Shown: piece after piece, positions 25,101 to 34,194 of the stretch
Position numbering within the stretch: the stretch's first letter is position 1
Layout of the letters: each line of letters starts with the position of its first letter
Assembly: GCA_016187485.1 (NCBI GenBank)
Contig: JACPJO010000004.1
Coordinates: 56,306 to 120,305, forward strand
Reading direction: 5' to 3'
Source of the DNA: Candidatus Uhrbacteria bacterium
Lineage (GTDB): Bacteria > Patescibacteriota > Patescibacteriia > UBA9934 > UBA10169
DNA: 64,000 bases
Program-made: the position numbers and the translations under genes
The notes under the pieces: model-generated
Told to the model about the DNA's origin: nothing
What the model saw: the letters and a program-made list of their open reading frames with translations, nothing else
Database searches by the model: none

Positions 25101-27593
25101 ATGAGTAAACTCCTCATCGTCGAGTCGCCGACGAAAGCAAAAACGATCTCGAAATTTTTGGGACATGACTATCATGTTCTTTCTTCGTACGGTCACGTGC
25201 GCGATCTCCCCAAGAGCGATCTTGGGGTGGACATCGAGCACGGATACGCTCCCACATATGAAGTATCGCCGGACTCGCGCAAACACGTGACAGCGCTCAA
25301 AAAGGCCGCAAAGGAAGCAGACGAAGTCCTCTTTGCGACGGATGAAGACCGTGAGGGAGAGGCTATCTCCTGGCACCTGGCAGAGATTCTTGGTATGGAA
25401 CCCCGCGAGGTAAAACGCGTCGTATTCCACGAAATCACCAAGCGCGCCATCGAGGAAGCGCTCGCCCATCCGCGGCCGCTCGAAATGCCGCTCGTAGACG
25501 CCCAGCAAGCCCGGCGTATTTTGGACCGCCTCTACGGTTACGAAATCTCCCCCCTCCTGTGGCGAAAGATCGCGCCAAAACTTTCCGCCGGCCGCGTGCA
25601 AAGTGTTGCCACGCGCATCATTGTGGAACGCGAACGCGAACGCATGCGATTCGTGCGCGCCGGTTTTTGGGACGCACACGGCGTGTTTTGCAAATCAGAT
25701 GCCTGCTTCCCCGCACGACTGGTGGAGGTGAAAGGCGCGCGCTTGGCAAATGGAAAACATTTTGACGCCGCAACCGGGCTCCTTACAAAGGAAGCAAAAG
25801 AAAAAGGATTTGTCGTCCTTGATGAAAAAACTGTGCGCGATCTTGTAGAGACATGGAAAACCACGTCGTGGAGTGTAAAGAGCGTGGAAGAGAAGCCGGC
25901 CGTCTCACACCCAAGTGCGCCGTTTACCACAAGCACTCTCCAACAAGAGGCCGCACGCAAACTCCGCTTATCGTCCAAAGAAACCATGCGCTCTGCCCAA
26001 TCGCTCTACGAGCGGGGGTTCATCACCTACATGCGCACGGATTCCACGACGCTTTCCGCACAAGCGATCTCTGCGGCGCGCTCCATCGTGACCACGCGTT
26101 TCGGCAAAGAAAACCTCCCAGCGGAGGCACGCCAATACCAGACAAAAGTAAAAAACGCGCAAGAAGCGCACGAGGCCATACGGCCCTCCGGAGAAGCATT
26201 TGCCGATCCGGAAGAAGTAGCCAAAGAGATGAATCCTGCCGAGGCAGCGCTTTATGATTTGATTTGGAAACGTACGATCGCCTCGCAAATGATCTCCGCC
26301 TCACTTCGGCACACCACCGTAGAAATTTCCAACAACGAAGCGCTTTTCTCCGCAACAGGGAAAATTGTTGATGTGCCGGGGTATCTGCACGTGTATATGG
26401 AGGGGAAGGACGAAACGGAAGAAGAGGCTGAAGCAACTCTGCCGGCGCTTGTCGCAGGCGACAAACTTACGGCACAAGAGCTCTCCCCAGAATCGCACGA
26501 AACAAAACCACCTGCGCGTTATACGGAAGCCTCTCTCATTAAAATGCTCGAAGCAAACGGCATTGGCCGCCCAAGCACATTTTCTTCCATCATCTCGACC
26601 ATCATGACACGCGACTATGTGCGTAAGGTAGGCCAAGCGCTTGTGCCGACATTCAAAGCGTTTGCGGTCGTGCAGCTTCTGGAGCAATGGTTTACACATC
26701 TGGTAGACATTGGCTTTACGGCAGAAATGGAGGAGGGGCTCGACGCCATTTCGCGCGACGAAAAAGAGGCGACGCCGTTTTTGGATGCCTTCTACCACGG
26801 GGGCACGTATCCGGGTCTTGCGGGCATGCTGAAGGCCGAGATTGATCCAAAAGAAGCGTGCACCATCGCGCTCTCCCAACATCAGGGTTCTCCGGTCAAT
26901 ATTCGCGTGGGACGCTTCGGTCCCTACTTGGAGTGGCGAGACCTTCGCGTATCCTTGCCCGAAGACATGTCTCCCGAGGATGTCACGCCCAAAGCGGCCG
27001 AAGAACTCCTCTCGAAAAAAGCCGAGGGACCACGAAAGCTTGGAGACGATCCGGAAGGCGGACTCCCTATCTATGCGATGAGCGGACGCTTTGGCCCTTA
27101 CGTCCAGCTTGGAGAAAAATCCGATGAGAGTAAGCCAAAGATGAAAAGTTTGCCGCGGGGCATGAGTGAGCAGGAAGTTTCTCTTGAACAAGCCGTGTAC
27201 TTATTGTCTCTCCCGCGCGAAATCGGCACACATCCAGAATCCTATGAGCCCGTCGTGCTTGATCTTGGACGGTTCGGCCCCTACATCAAATGCGCAAGTG
27301 AGAGCCGAAGTCTGAAAGCGGAAGATTCCATCTTCACATTGACGCTCCCGCGCGCGCTCGAGCTTCTGGCGCAAGAGAAAGTGGGTCGTGGCGGACGGCG
27401 CATAACGAAAAAGACTGTCTTGAAAGATCTTGGGGAAGGCCTGCAGATTCTCGATGGCCGCTACGGTCCCTATGTCACGGATGGAAAAAAGAATGCGTCG
27501 CTCCCCAAAGGAACAAGCGCGGAAGACATGACCGTAGAATCCGCCCAGACGCTTCTCTCCGAGAAAAAGACAAAGCGCAAGAAAAAGTCTTAG
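25101..27593 (+). CDS. topA: DNA topoisomerase I
   Basis: TOPRIM N-terminus MSKLLIVESPTKAKTISKFLG, an active-site Tyr region and repeated GRFGPY C-terminal motifs. Confidence 0.92.
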   Translation: MSKLLIVESPTKAKTISKFLGHDYHVLSSYGHVRDLPKSDLGVDIEHGYAPTYEVSPDSRKHVTALKKAAKEADEVLFATDEDREGEAISWHLAEILGMEPREVKRVVFHEITKRAIEEALAHPRPLEMPLVDAQQARRILDRLYGYEISPLLWRKIAPKLSAGRVQSVATRIIVERERERMRFVRAGFWDAHGVFCKSDACFPARLVEVKGARLANGKHFDAATGLLTKEAKEKGFVVLDEKTVRDLVETWKTTSWSVKSVEEKPAVSHPSAPFTTSTLQQEAARKLRLSSKETMRSAQSLYERGFITYMRTDSTTLSAQAISAARSIVTTRFGKENLPAEARQYQTKVKNAQEAHEAIRPSGEAFADPEEVAKEMNPAEAALYDLIWKRTIASQMISASLRHTTVEISNNEALFSATGKIVDVPGYLHVYMEGKDETEEEAEATLPALVAGDKLTAQELSPESHETKPPARYTEASLIKMLEANGIGRPSTFSSIISTIMTRDYVRKVGQALVPTFKAFAVVQLLEQWFTHLVDIGFTAEMEEGLDAISRDEKEATPFLDAFYHGGTYPGLAGMLKAEIDPKEACTIALSQHQGSPVNIRVGRFGPYLEWRDLRVSLPEDMSPEDVTPKAAEELLSKKAEGPRKLGDDPEGGLPIYAMSGRFGPYVQLGEKSDESKPKMKSLPRGMSEQEVSLEQAVYLLSLPREIGTHPESYEPVVLDLGRFGPYIKCASESRSLKAEDSIFTLTLPRALELLAQEKVGRGGRRITKKTVLKDLGEGLQILDGRYGPYVTDGKKNASLPKGTSAEDMTVESAQTLLSEKKTKRKKKS

Positions 27594-29020
27594 TGATGGT
27601 CTTTCTTTTCGTGTCCTCCGCCTCCATGACCCCCTGCGGGTTTTTTTGGTTTTCCAAAAAAGAGGTTGCCGACCACGGGAAAAAGGCGCTCGCCGCGCTC
27701 TTCCCACGGCTTCGGACGCTCGTGCGGAGGGTGCAGGTGATCCAAACCAAAGCCAAAGCCAAAATATTTTCTTGTCCAACTACCAAATCCGGCAAGTTGA
27801 TTTACTACGCCATCTGTCCACTGTTCCCCATAGTATAGGATGGGTTCGCCAAGCACGCGCCACGCGGAGCGCAGAAGATACCCGGCGGAAAGTCCCGTGA
27901 ATGCCGCCGTGCCCAGCAGCCCGCGACCGACGTGCCCCAAAAACGGATCGCCTTTCACCTCCCCCTTTCCCACCCTCTCAAGCACTCGTTCATCTTGTGT
28001 CATCTCCCACAGCAGCTGGTTCATCTCAAGACGTTTGACGGGGTGCCACCACGATGGCGGATGAACAACGTCGCCCGTCACGGTACTTTCTATGTGCCCG
28101 TGCGCATTTTCACGATACGGCGCCACAAGTTTTTTGGTTTCTTCCGAAAGCCAAGCGTCGCCGTAGTTCTTCCACCCCTTCTCGGGAAGTCCGAAAACAT
28201 CCTGCAGAGAAAATCCCTCTTTGTCTTCCACCGTCGTGCGTTCGTGCATCTTGTCCGACGTCATCTTCATGAACCGCTCAAAAGCGCCCTTCGCTTTTTC
28301 AAGCGTGCGCGCATAGGCAGCCTCGGATGCTTTGAGCCGCTGCTTCACGTCGGCAAAATCCAGCTCTTCATCGTTGCGAAGATTTTGGATCGTCGTGTGT
28401 AATTCTTCTCGCGCCTTATAAAACTTCAGAACAGCTTCTTGGTCACCATCAAGCTTTTCATCGCTCTGCCGGTCTCGAACCCGAATCTCTTTCACCTCTT
28501 TATCACGTTGGAGTGTCCGCAAGATGGCCAGTTCCTGCAAAATTTTGAAGTAGTCCGGCGGATCGCCCTCGTGGTGATCGATAGTGACGAAGTGAAGATC
28601 CGGGTCGGTGGCATAGGTATCTCCCACGCGAATGCCTATGTCTGACATCCCCACAGCATCCTGCAAACGAACAGCCGTACTCTCATCTGCTTTGTAGACT
28701 CCCACATTCAACTCTACGACCCCATCGGTACGACGCACATATTCTCGCGCTAAATGCGCGCCGGGATTACGCTCCCCGCGATTTTTTGAAATGGCGCGTT
28801 CCTGTGCGGTTTTAAGCGCATCGAGAATCGCACGGTTTGTAAGCACCTCCATCGCCGCCGTCCTTCGAAGGGACGCTCCCGCCTGTTTTTCGGCGTCCTC
28901 GAGCACCTGACGAGCATGGCGTTCCCGTTCGCGAAGTTCCGCCATCGTTGCCGCGTGCGCCATGTCCGGATTGCCGAGGGAAGCTCCAGGTCTTCCGTGA
29001 TCAGGCGAATGCGTCGTCAT
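27590..29020 (-). CDS. Hypothetical 476-aa protein with a Gly/His-rich C-terminal tail (FGFGFGLDHLHPPHE...GGHGGGGHEKKDHH)
   Basis: Long ORF with host-like codon usage. No family recognised. A possible TM helix near the C-terminus. Confidence 0.5.
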   Translation of the reverse strand: MTTHSPDHGRPGASLGNPDMAHAATMAELRERERHARQVLEDAEKQAGASLRRTAAMEVLTNRAILDALKTAQERAISKNRGERNPGAHLAREYVRRTDGVVELNVGVYKADESTAVRLQDAVGMSDIGIRVGDTYATDPDLHFVTIDHHEGDPPDYFKILQELAILRTLQRDKEVKEIRVRDRQSDEKLDGDQEAVLKFYKAREELHTTIQNLRNDEELDFADVKQRLKASEAAYARTLEKAKGAFERFMKMTSDKMHERTTVEDKEGFSLQDVFGLPEKGWKNYGDAWLSEETKKLVAPYRENAHGHIESTVTGDVVHPPSWWHPVKRLEMNQLLWEMTQDERVLERVGKGEVKGDPFLGHVGRGLLGTAAFTGLSAGYLLRSAWRVLGEPILYYGEQWTDGVVNQLAGFGSWTRKYFGFGFGLDHLHPPHERPKPWEERGERLFPVVGNLFFGKPKKPAGGHGGGGHEKKDHH

Positions 29021-29100
29021 ATGGCTCGCATTCTACCAAAACACCGCAAATCCGCACAGCCGCTTGTCGAGACGCAAGGGGTACGTTATCGTGGGTGGAT

Positions 29101-30603
29101 ATGTTGGGTACTTTGGAGGGCCTTCTGGGCGTCATTGCGGAGAACTATCCATCGGGGACAGACGCCTCGCTTGTTGAACGTGCTTATCAATTCGCGAGAG
29201 CGGCACACGAGGGCCAGATGCGCCTTACCGGGGAGCCGTACATCACCCATCCCACCATTACCGCCACGAAATTGGCCGCCATGAAACTTCCCCTTGCCGT
29301 CGTGGCCGCCGGACTCCTGCACGATGTCCCCGAAGACACCTCGCGCACAAGCGAGGAAATTCGCGCCGCGTTCGGGGATGATATAGCCAACATGGTGGAA
29401 GGCGTCACAAAACTTGGAAAAGTGAAGTTCCGGGGGATGGATCGGTATGTGGAAAACCTGCGAAAAATGTTCTATGCCATGGCGGAAGACATTCGCACCA
29501 TCTACATTAAATTCGCCGACCGTCTGCACAACTTGGAAACCTTGAGCGCCCAGCCCATCCCTAAACGTGAACGCATCGCCCGCGAGGTACTCGAGATCTA
29601 TGCCCCCATCGCAAATCGTCTCGGCATGGGAGAATTTAAAGGAGCCTTTGAGGATCTGGCGTTCCAATATTTAGAACCAAAAAAATATCAAACGGTCAAA
29701 GCGCTCCGCGACAAAATCTTGCGCGCGCGCGAAGGCGTGCTTTCGCGCATGATCGACGCTCTGAAGAAAGATTTGCTTGCCGAAGACCTTCAGTTTGTCT
29801 CTGCCCACGGCCGCATGAAGCACCTCTACAGCCTCCACCAAAAACTAGAACGGCACGACAATGACATTGCGCGTATCTATGACCTCATCGCCATCCGTGT
29901 GATCGTGAAAAAAATCCCGGATTGCTATACCGTGCTTGGTATCGTGCATAACCGGTGGAAGCCGCTAAAGGGCCGCATTAAAGACTACGTCGCCCAGCCA
30001 AAACCAAACGGCTATCAGTCCATTCACACAACGATCTTCGGCGACGACGGCATGATCGTAGAGGTACAAGTACGTACCGAGGAAATGCACGAGCTTGCTG
30101 AATACGGACCGGCGCGGCATTGGCAGTACAAAGAAGGAAGCGTTCCCATCACCAAGCTTGATACGCGCTGGATCAATGAACTGGTGAAAGTGCAGAAAGA
30201 GCTCACCGGCAAGGAGGAGTTTCTGGAACACCTGGAAGACCTGAAGCTTGATGCATTTCGCGACCGCATTTTTGTCTTCACCCCCAAAGGAGATGTCATT
30301 GACTTAGCCGAGGGTTCCACGCCGATTGATTTTGCTTACGCCATCCATTCGGAGATTGGGAATAAATGCGTTGCAGCGCGCGTGAATGATCAAATGGTGC
30401 AGTTAGATGCCCCTCTCAAGTCGGGCGACTTGTGCGAGATTGTCATTGATAAAAACCGCAAAGGGCCAAATCCCGACTGGATGGATTTCGTGAAAAGCCG
30501 GCATGCGCGTACGAAAATCAAAGACGGGTCGCGCAGCACGATCCGCCAATGGCTGAAATCCAAGTTTGATAAAAGCCGTGAGCGAAAGATCAAAGGTCTA
30601 TAA
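29101..30603 (+). CDS. rel: (p)ppGpp synthetase/hydrolase of the RelA/SpoT family, minimal form with HD hydrolase plus synthetase domains and no TGS/ACT
   Basis: HD motif LHDVPEDT and synthetase region YIKFADRLHNLETL...GYQSIHTTIF. ATG at 29101. The track ORF starts upstream at 28948. Confidence 0.85.
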   Translation: MLGTLEGLLGVIAENYPSGTDASLVERAYQFARAAHEGQMRLTGEPYITHPTITATKLAAMKLPLAVVAAGLLHDVPEDTSRTSEEIRAAFGDDIANMVEGVTKLGKVKFRGMDRYVENLRKMFYAMAEDIRTIYIKFADRLHNLETLSAQPIPKRERIAREVLEIYAPIANRLGMGEFKGAFEDLAFQYLEPKKYQTVKALRDKILRAREGVLSRMIDALKKDLLAEDLQFVSAHGRMKHLYSLHQKLERHDNDIARIYDLIAIRVIVKKIPDCYTVLGIVHNRWKPLKGRIKDYVAQPKPNGYQSIHTTIFGDDGMIVEVQVRTEEMHELAEYGPARHWQYKEGSVPITKLDTRWINELVKVQKELTGKEEFLEHLEDLKLDAFRDRIFVFTPKGDVIDLAEGSTPIDFAYAIHSEIGNKCVAARVNDQMVQLDAPLKSGDLCEIVIDKNRKGPNPDWMDFVKSRHARTKIKDGSRSTIRQWLKSKFDKSRERKIKGL

Positions 30604-31426
30604 GGCGGCTCAAGAGATCACGGAGCTCTTCTTTTGAGTAATAGAAGAAGGAAACTTTGTTGGTGTCAATTTCAACTTTCGTCCCAAAAACTTCTCGAAG
30701 TTTCGCGGCATGCGCGGCAAGATTCGGGTCAGCCCCCTTCTTTCCCAATCGTTTTGTTCCAATCCCGACGTGTCCCTCTGCTTGGCGCACCGTAAGGCCG
30801 CCCGCAAGCATGGCTTGAAAAAGAGTCTCGCGTTTCGCCGGGTCTGTTTCGGAAAGCAGCGTGCGCGCATGCGTGCGCGTAATTTTGCCGTCACGAAGCG
30901 CACTCTTCATGGCTTCGGGAAGATCGAGCAGTCGCATCGTATTTGCCACCTCTGAACGGCTCTTCCCCACGCGCTCCGCCGCGGCCGCTTGCGTCAAATT
31001 AAATTCCTCAATAAGCGCCTTATATGCCACGGCTTCCTCCAACGCGCCGAGTTGCTGGCGCTGAATATTCTCAATGAGGGCCAATTCCAATTTCTCCTGA
31101 TCAGATGCCGTGCGCACCACGGCCGGCACCTGCGCCATGCCAAGATCGCGTGCGGCACGCAGACGGCGCTCTCCGGCAATAAGTTCAAAACCGTCCCCCC
31201 GGCGCGTGACGATAAGCGGCTGGAGGATCCCGTGTTCCTTGATAGATACCATCAGGTCGTCCATCTCGCTTGCCGAAAAATGTTTGCGTGGCTGAAACGG
31301 ATTCTCCGAAATCTTCGCTACAGGAATTTCCTGCATGCCGTCTTTGGCAAGTTCAGGAAGCACCTGCGACGTAAGACTTTCTTTTTGTGGTAACAGGGCG
31401 CCAAGCCCTCGGGCAAGTCCGCTCAT
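30590..31426 (-). CDS. parB: Chromosome partitioning protein ParB/Spo0J
   Basis: GILQPLIVTRRGDGFELIAGERRLRAARDLGM. Confidence 0.88.
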   Translation of the reverse strand: MSGLARGLGALLPQKESLTSQVLPELAKDGMQEIPVAKISENPFQPRKHFSASEMDDLMVSIKEHGILQPLIVTRRGDGFELIAGERRLRAARDLGMAQVPAVVRTASDQEKLELALIENIQRQQLGALEEAVAYKALIEEFNLTQAAAAERVGKSRSEVANTMRLLDLPEAMKSALRDGKITRTHARTLLSETDPAKRETLFQAMLAGGLTVRQAEGHVGIGTKRLGKKGADPNLAAHAAKLREVFGTKVEIDTNKVSFFYYSKEELRDLLSRLIDL

Positions 31427-32235
31427 AGTGTGGCGGGGTCGGGTTCGATGGTGCCGCCCGATTCGCGCAGGAGAAATTCCCGTGCAAGCCGGTCGTACGC
31501 CTTCGCCCCCTTCCCGGAAGGATCATAATGTAAAATAGTTTTTCCGGCAGATGGCGCCTCGGCCAGCCGTACCGTGCGTGGAATGACCGAACGGAAAATG
31601 CGGTTGGGAAAATACCGATACAGTTCTTCAAGCACATCACGCGACAGCGTTGTTCGGCTGTCGTACATCGTGATGACCGCGCCCATGATCTCGAGCTCCG
31701 GCTTCAAACCAGATTTTACCAAATCAATCGTTTGCATGAGTTGGCTCAACCCTTCAAGGGCAAAGTATTCTGCCTGCACGGGAATAAGAACAGAGTCAGC
31801 TGCTACAAGGCCGTTCACCGTAAGGAGGCCAAGCGAGGGCGGGTTATCAATAATAATGTAATCGTAGTCGTTGCGCACCTCGAGCAGCGCTTGGTGGAGT
31901 TTCCACTCACGCTCGGAAGAGCCGACAAGCTCCACCGGCGCGCCTGCAAGATTCATGGTAGCGGGGATCACACGCAATCCCTCATGCGCGGTAGCTTGTA
32001 CAACTTCTTTGGGTCGGCGCACACCCATGAGGATCTCGTAGATGCCGTGCGGGATCACGCGATAATCCAAACCGAGGCCGGACGTGGCGTTTGCTTGCGG
32101 ATCCAAATCCACCAGCAAGACAAACTTACCGTAATACGCAAGATAGGCCGCGAGATTCATCGCGGTCGTCGTCTTCCCCACTCCTCCCTTCTGATTCACA
32201 ACGGAAACAATGTGGGCCATAGCAGGAGTGTGCAT
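31423..32235 (-). CDS. parA: Chromosome partitioning ATPase ParA/Soj
   Basis: Deviant Walker A NQKGGVGKTTTAMNLAAYLA. Starts are at 32235 (MHTPAMAHIV) or 32220 (MAHIVSV). The track ORF extends to 32388. Confidence 0.88.
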   Translation of the reverse strand: MHTPAMAHIVSVVNQKGGVGKTTTAMNLAAYLAYYGKFVLLVDLDPQANATSGLGLDYRVIPHGIYEILMGVRRPKEVVQATAHEGLRVIPATMNLAGAPVELVGSSEREWKLHQALLEVRNDYDYIIIDNPPSLGLLTVNGLVAADSVLIPVQAEYFALEGLSQLMQTIDLVKSGLKPELEIMGAVITMYDSRTTLSRDVLEELYRYFPNRIFRSVIPRTVRLAEAPSAGKTILHYDPSGKGAKAYDRLAREFLLRESGGTIEPDPATL

Positions 32236-32399
32236 AGTATAGCAGACGGAAACGATTGACAGAAAGGCATTTCTGTGTAACTCTTGGGCTACCCCCCAAG
32301 GGGTGCACGAGACTGGATGGGTCGCCCGCAATCCTGCGGGGATGCCAAAAGGTCTCATGGTGGGACGTCCGGCATCCGGAGTCGCCACAGGAGTCAGTC

Positions 32400-33101
32400 A
32401 TGCACAATCACAGCAAGCCCGTGAGCTCCGTCCTGTCGTGGATCGCCTGGGTCTTCATCAACCCGACGGTTCTGGCCGTCGTGGGCACGTTCTTCTTCAT
32501 CTGGCTCTTCGCTCTTCCGGGTGAGCCTTTCTTCGATGGGCCCATCGTGACGGCGAGCGACAAGATGACCTTCGCTGCCTTGTTCGCCTGCGGTTCCGTG
32601 GTCCTGGGAGGATCTATGTTCATGAGCATGAACATGATGAACTCCCATCTGAAGCGCCATCAGATGGAGGCGAGCCGCCACCGCCTGGAGGGAGCGCTCT
32701 CCATGTCGTACATCTGCAACACGCCCGGCGCAGAAGAGATGGGGTTCCAATACCGGACGCCCGAGGACACGCTTCGGCTCCTCGTGACGGCACTGCGTGA
32801 GTTGCCCCAACGAGATGCGTGGAACATCACCGAGGAACAGCTGCGCGTGCTCGTGCGTCACGGCCTGAACGCGCAAGTGGTGCACAGTCAGCTCCTCGTC
32901 CTCGAGGACTTTCTGCGCGAGCCGCGCAAGCTGGCGCAGAGCAAGGGACTCAACGACGTGCTGGCCGCGATCGTCCCCTACCTCGAGTTCGTCCGCGAGA
33001 CTGCGCTCATGAACTGCGATCCCGACACGGCTACGCGGCGGCACTACCTGATCCGTGAGGCACTCGAGAAGGTGGCGCCCGTCATCACGAGGACGAACTA
33101 G
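32400..33101 (+). CDS. Hypothetical two-TM membrane protein with compositionally foreign (high GC3) codon usage
   Basis: MHNHSKPVSSVLSWIAWVFINPTVLAVVGTFFFIWLFAL... A second TM helix AALFACGSVVLGGSMFMSM. The GGAG RBS sits 8 nt upstream of the ATG at 32400. The track start is 32256. Confidence 0.5.
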   Translation: MHNHSKPVSSVLSWIAWVFINPTVLAVVGTFFFIWLFALPGEPFFDGPIVTASDKMTFAALFACGSVVLGGSMFMSMNMMNSHLKRHQMEASRHRLEGALSMSYICNTPGAEEMGFQYRTPEDTLRLLVTALRELPQRDAWNITEEQLRVLVRHGLNAQVVHSQLLVLEDFLREPRKLAQSKGLNDVLAAIVPYLEFVRETALMNCDPDTATRRHYLIREALEKVAPVITRTN

Positions 33102-33194
33102 TTCCGTTCCTTCTTGTCTCCCGTAGCTCGTAAGAGCGAAGGAGAATCACACGACCCCCCTGGGTCGTTTTCGATTTATCCGTATCTGAAATTG

Positions 33195-33265
33195 AGTTTC
33201 GAAGTGCACTAATATCTACAGGTTTTATTCGATACTTAGTTTCGAAACTTCGTCTCGAAAACAGT
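33195..33265. repeat. AT-rich spacer with three direct copies of a GTTTCGAA-containing motif
   Basis: Seen directly in ...gagtttcgaagtg...tagtttcgaaactt...cgtctcgaaaac... Confidence 0.4.
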
Positions 33266-33293
33266 CTCAAAAATCGTACAAGACACAAGATCC

Positions 33294-33337
33294 ATAAACC
33301 TCACGCAAGGGCCGATCGGCCCTTGCGTGAGGTTTAT
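33294..33337. repeat. Perfect 44-bp palindrome ATAAACCTCACGCAAGGGCCGA|TCGGCCCTTGCGTGAGGTTTAT
   Basis: Checked base by base. 22-bp arms with no spacer. Confidence 0.8.
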
Positions 33338-33360
33338 ATGAGGTCTATATGCTATATGGA

Positions 33361-33388
33361 AGAAAAACAAAAAGACCTTTGTGGTCTT
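33361..33388 (-). terminator. Rho-independent terminator (AAAGACC-TTTGT-GGTCTTT plus T-run) 3' of tRNA-Leu
   Basis: On the minus strand the hairpin is followed by TTTTTGTTTTTC. Confidence 0.55.
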
Positions 33389-33474
33389 TGGTGCCGGGAG
33401 AGGGACTCGAACCCTCAAGGGCTTGCGCCCACGGGATTTTGAGTCCCGCGCGTATACCAATTCCGCCATCCCGG
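33388..33474 (-). tRNA. tRNA-Leu (anticodon CAA), type II long variable arm, CCA encoded
   Basis: Reverse complement GCCGGGATGGCGGAATTGGTATACGCGCGGGACTCAAAATCCCGTGGGCGCAAGCCCTTGAGGGTTCGAGTCCCTCTCCCGGCACCA. Anticodon loop CTCAAAA. Confidence 0.88.
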
Positions 33475-33550
33475 CATTGCAAGCAGGATACTAACAATTC
33501 TTGGATTACTTGACAATCAAGCAGTTGGACTATAGCATTCAGCCACACGA

Positions 33551-33627
<77 letters not shown>

Positions 33628-33636
33628 ATTGTTCGG

Positions 33637-33713
33637 GGCTGGGTAGCTCAGTTGGTTAGAGCGAGGGACTCATAAGCCCTAGGTCGCCGGTTCGATTCCG
33701 GCCCCAGCTACCA
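33637..33713 (+). tRNA. tRNA with CAU anticodon: elongator Met or Ile2 (lysidine)
   Basis: GGCTGGGTAGCTCAGTTGGTTAGAGCGAGGGACTCATAAGCCCTAGGTCGCCGGTTCGATTCCGGCCCCAGCTACCA. Elongator-type acceptor stem. Its identity cannot be fixed from sequence alone. Confidence 0.8.
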
Positions 33714-33745
33714 TATAAAGACCATCTCTTGGTTCTTTTTATTTT

Positions 33746-34192
33746 CTACAGAACTCCCATCACCGTATCAGTGAGAATACCGACAATGATGCCGGCAATG
33801 GCCACACCAACCACGATCGCGGGAATGGCAAAACGCGCAGGGATGCCAAAGAGCACCGCCGCCACAGCACCACTCCATGCGCCGGTAAGCGGGAGTGGGA
33901 TAGCCACAAAAATACACAGTGCCACCGCACCATACCGTTCATACGACGGCCCAAACTTTTTCCGCGTCCGCTCAAACCACCACAGAAGCCACCGATGGAG
34001 AAAGGGAATGTACCGCTCGATAATTTTTACCGACCACGCCAAAAAGAAAAACAGAGGGATCGCCGGAACAAGATTGCCAATCACGGAAAGAAGGTACGCC
34101 TGCCAAAACGGCATACCGCCGGCGAGAGCAATGGGAAGCGCCCCGCGCAGTTCCACAATCGGCAAGGCCGCAATTAATAAAATCTTCCACAT
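33746..34192 (-). CDS. Small polytopic membrane protein, resembling the COG2426 putative small multidrug-export family
   Basis: 148 aa with four predicted TM helices and an N-terminal ELRGALPIALAGG motif. Confidence 0.5.
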   Translation of the reverse strand: MWKILLIAALPIVELRGALPIALAGGMPFWQAYLLSVIGNLVPAIPLFFFLAWSVKIIERYIPFLHRWLLWWFERTRKKFGPSYERYGAVALCIFVAIPLPLTGAWSGAVAAVLFGIPARFAIPAIVVGVAIAGIIVGILTDTVMGVL

Positions 34193-34194
34193 AG

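Noticed and set aside
24795-25679. 294-aa minus-strand ORF
   Set aside because: It overlaps the 3' end of dprA and the 5' third of topA, both of which have strong family signatures on the other strand.
26301-27191. 296-aa minus-strand ORF inside topA
   Set aside because: Antisense to a confidently identified topoisomerase I.
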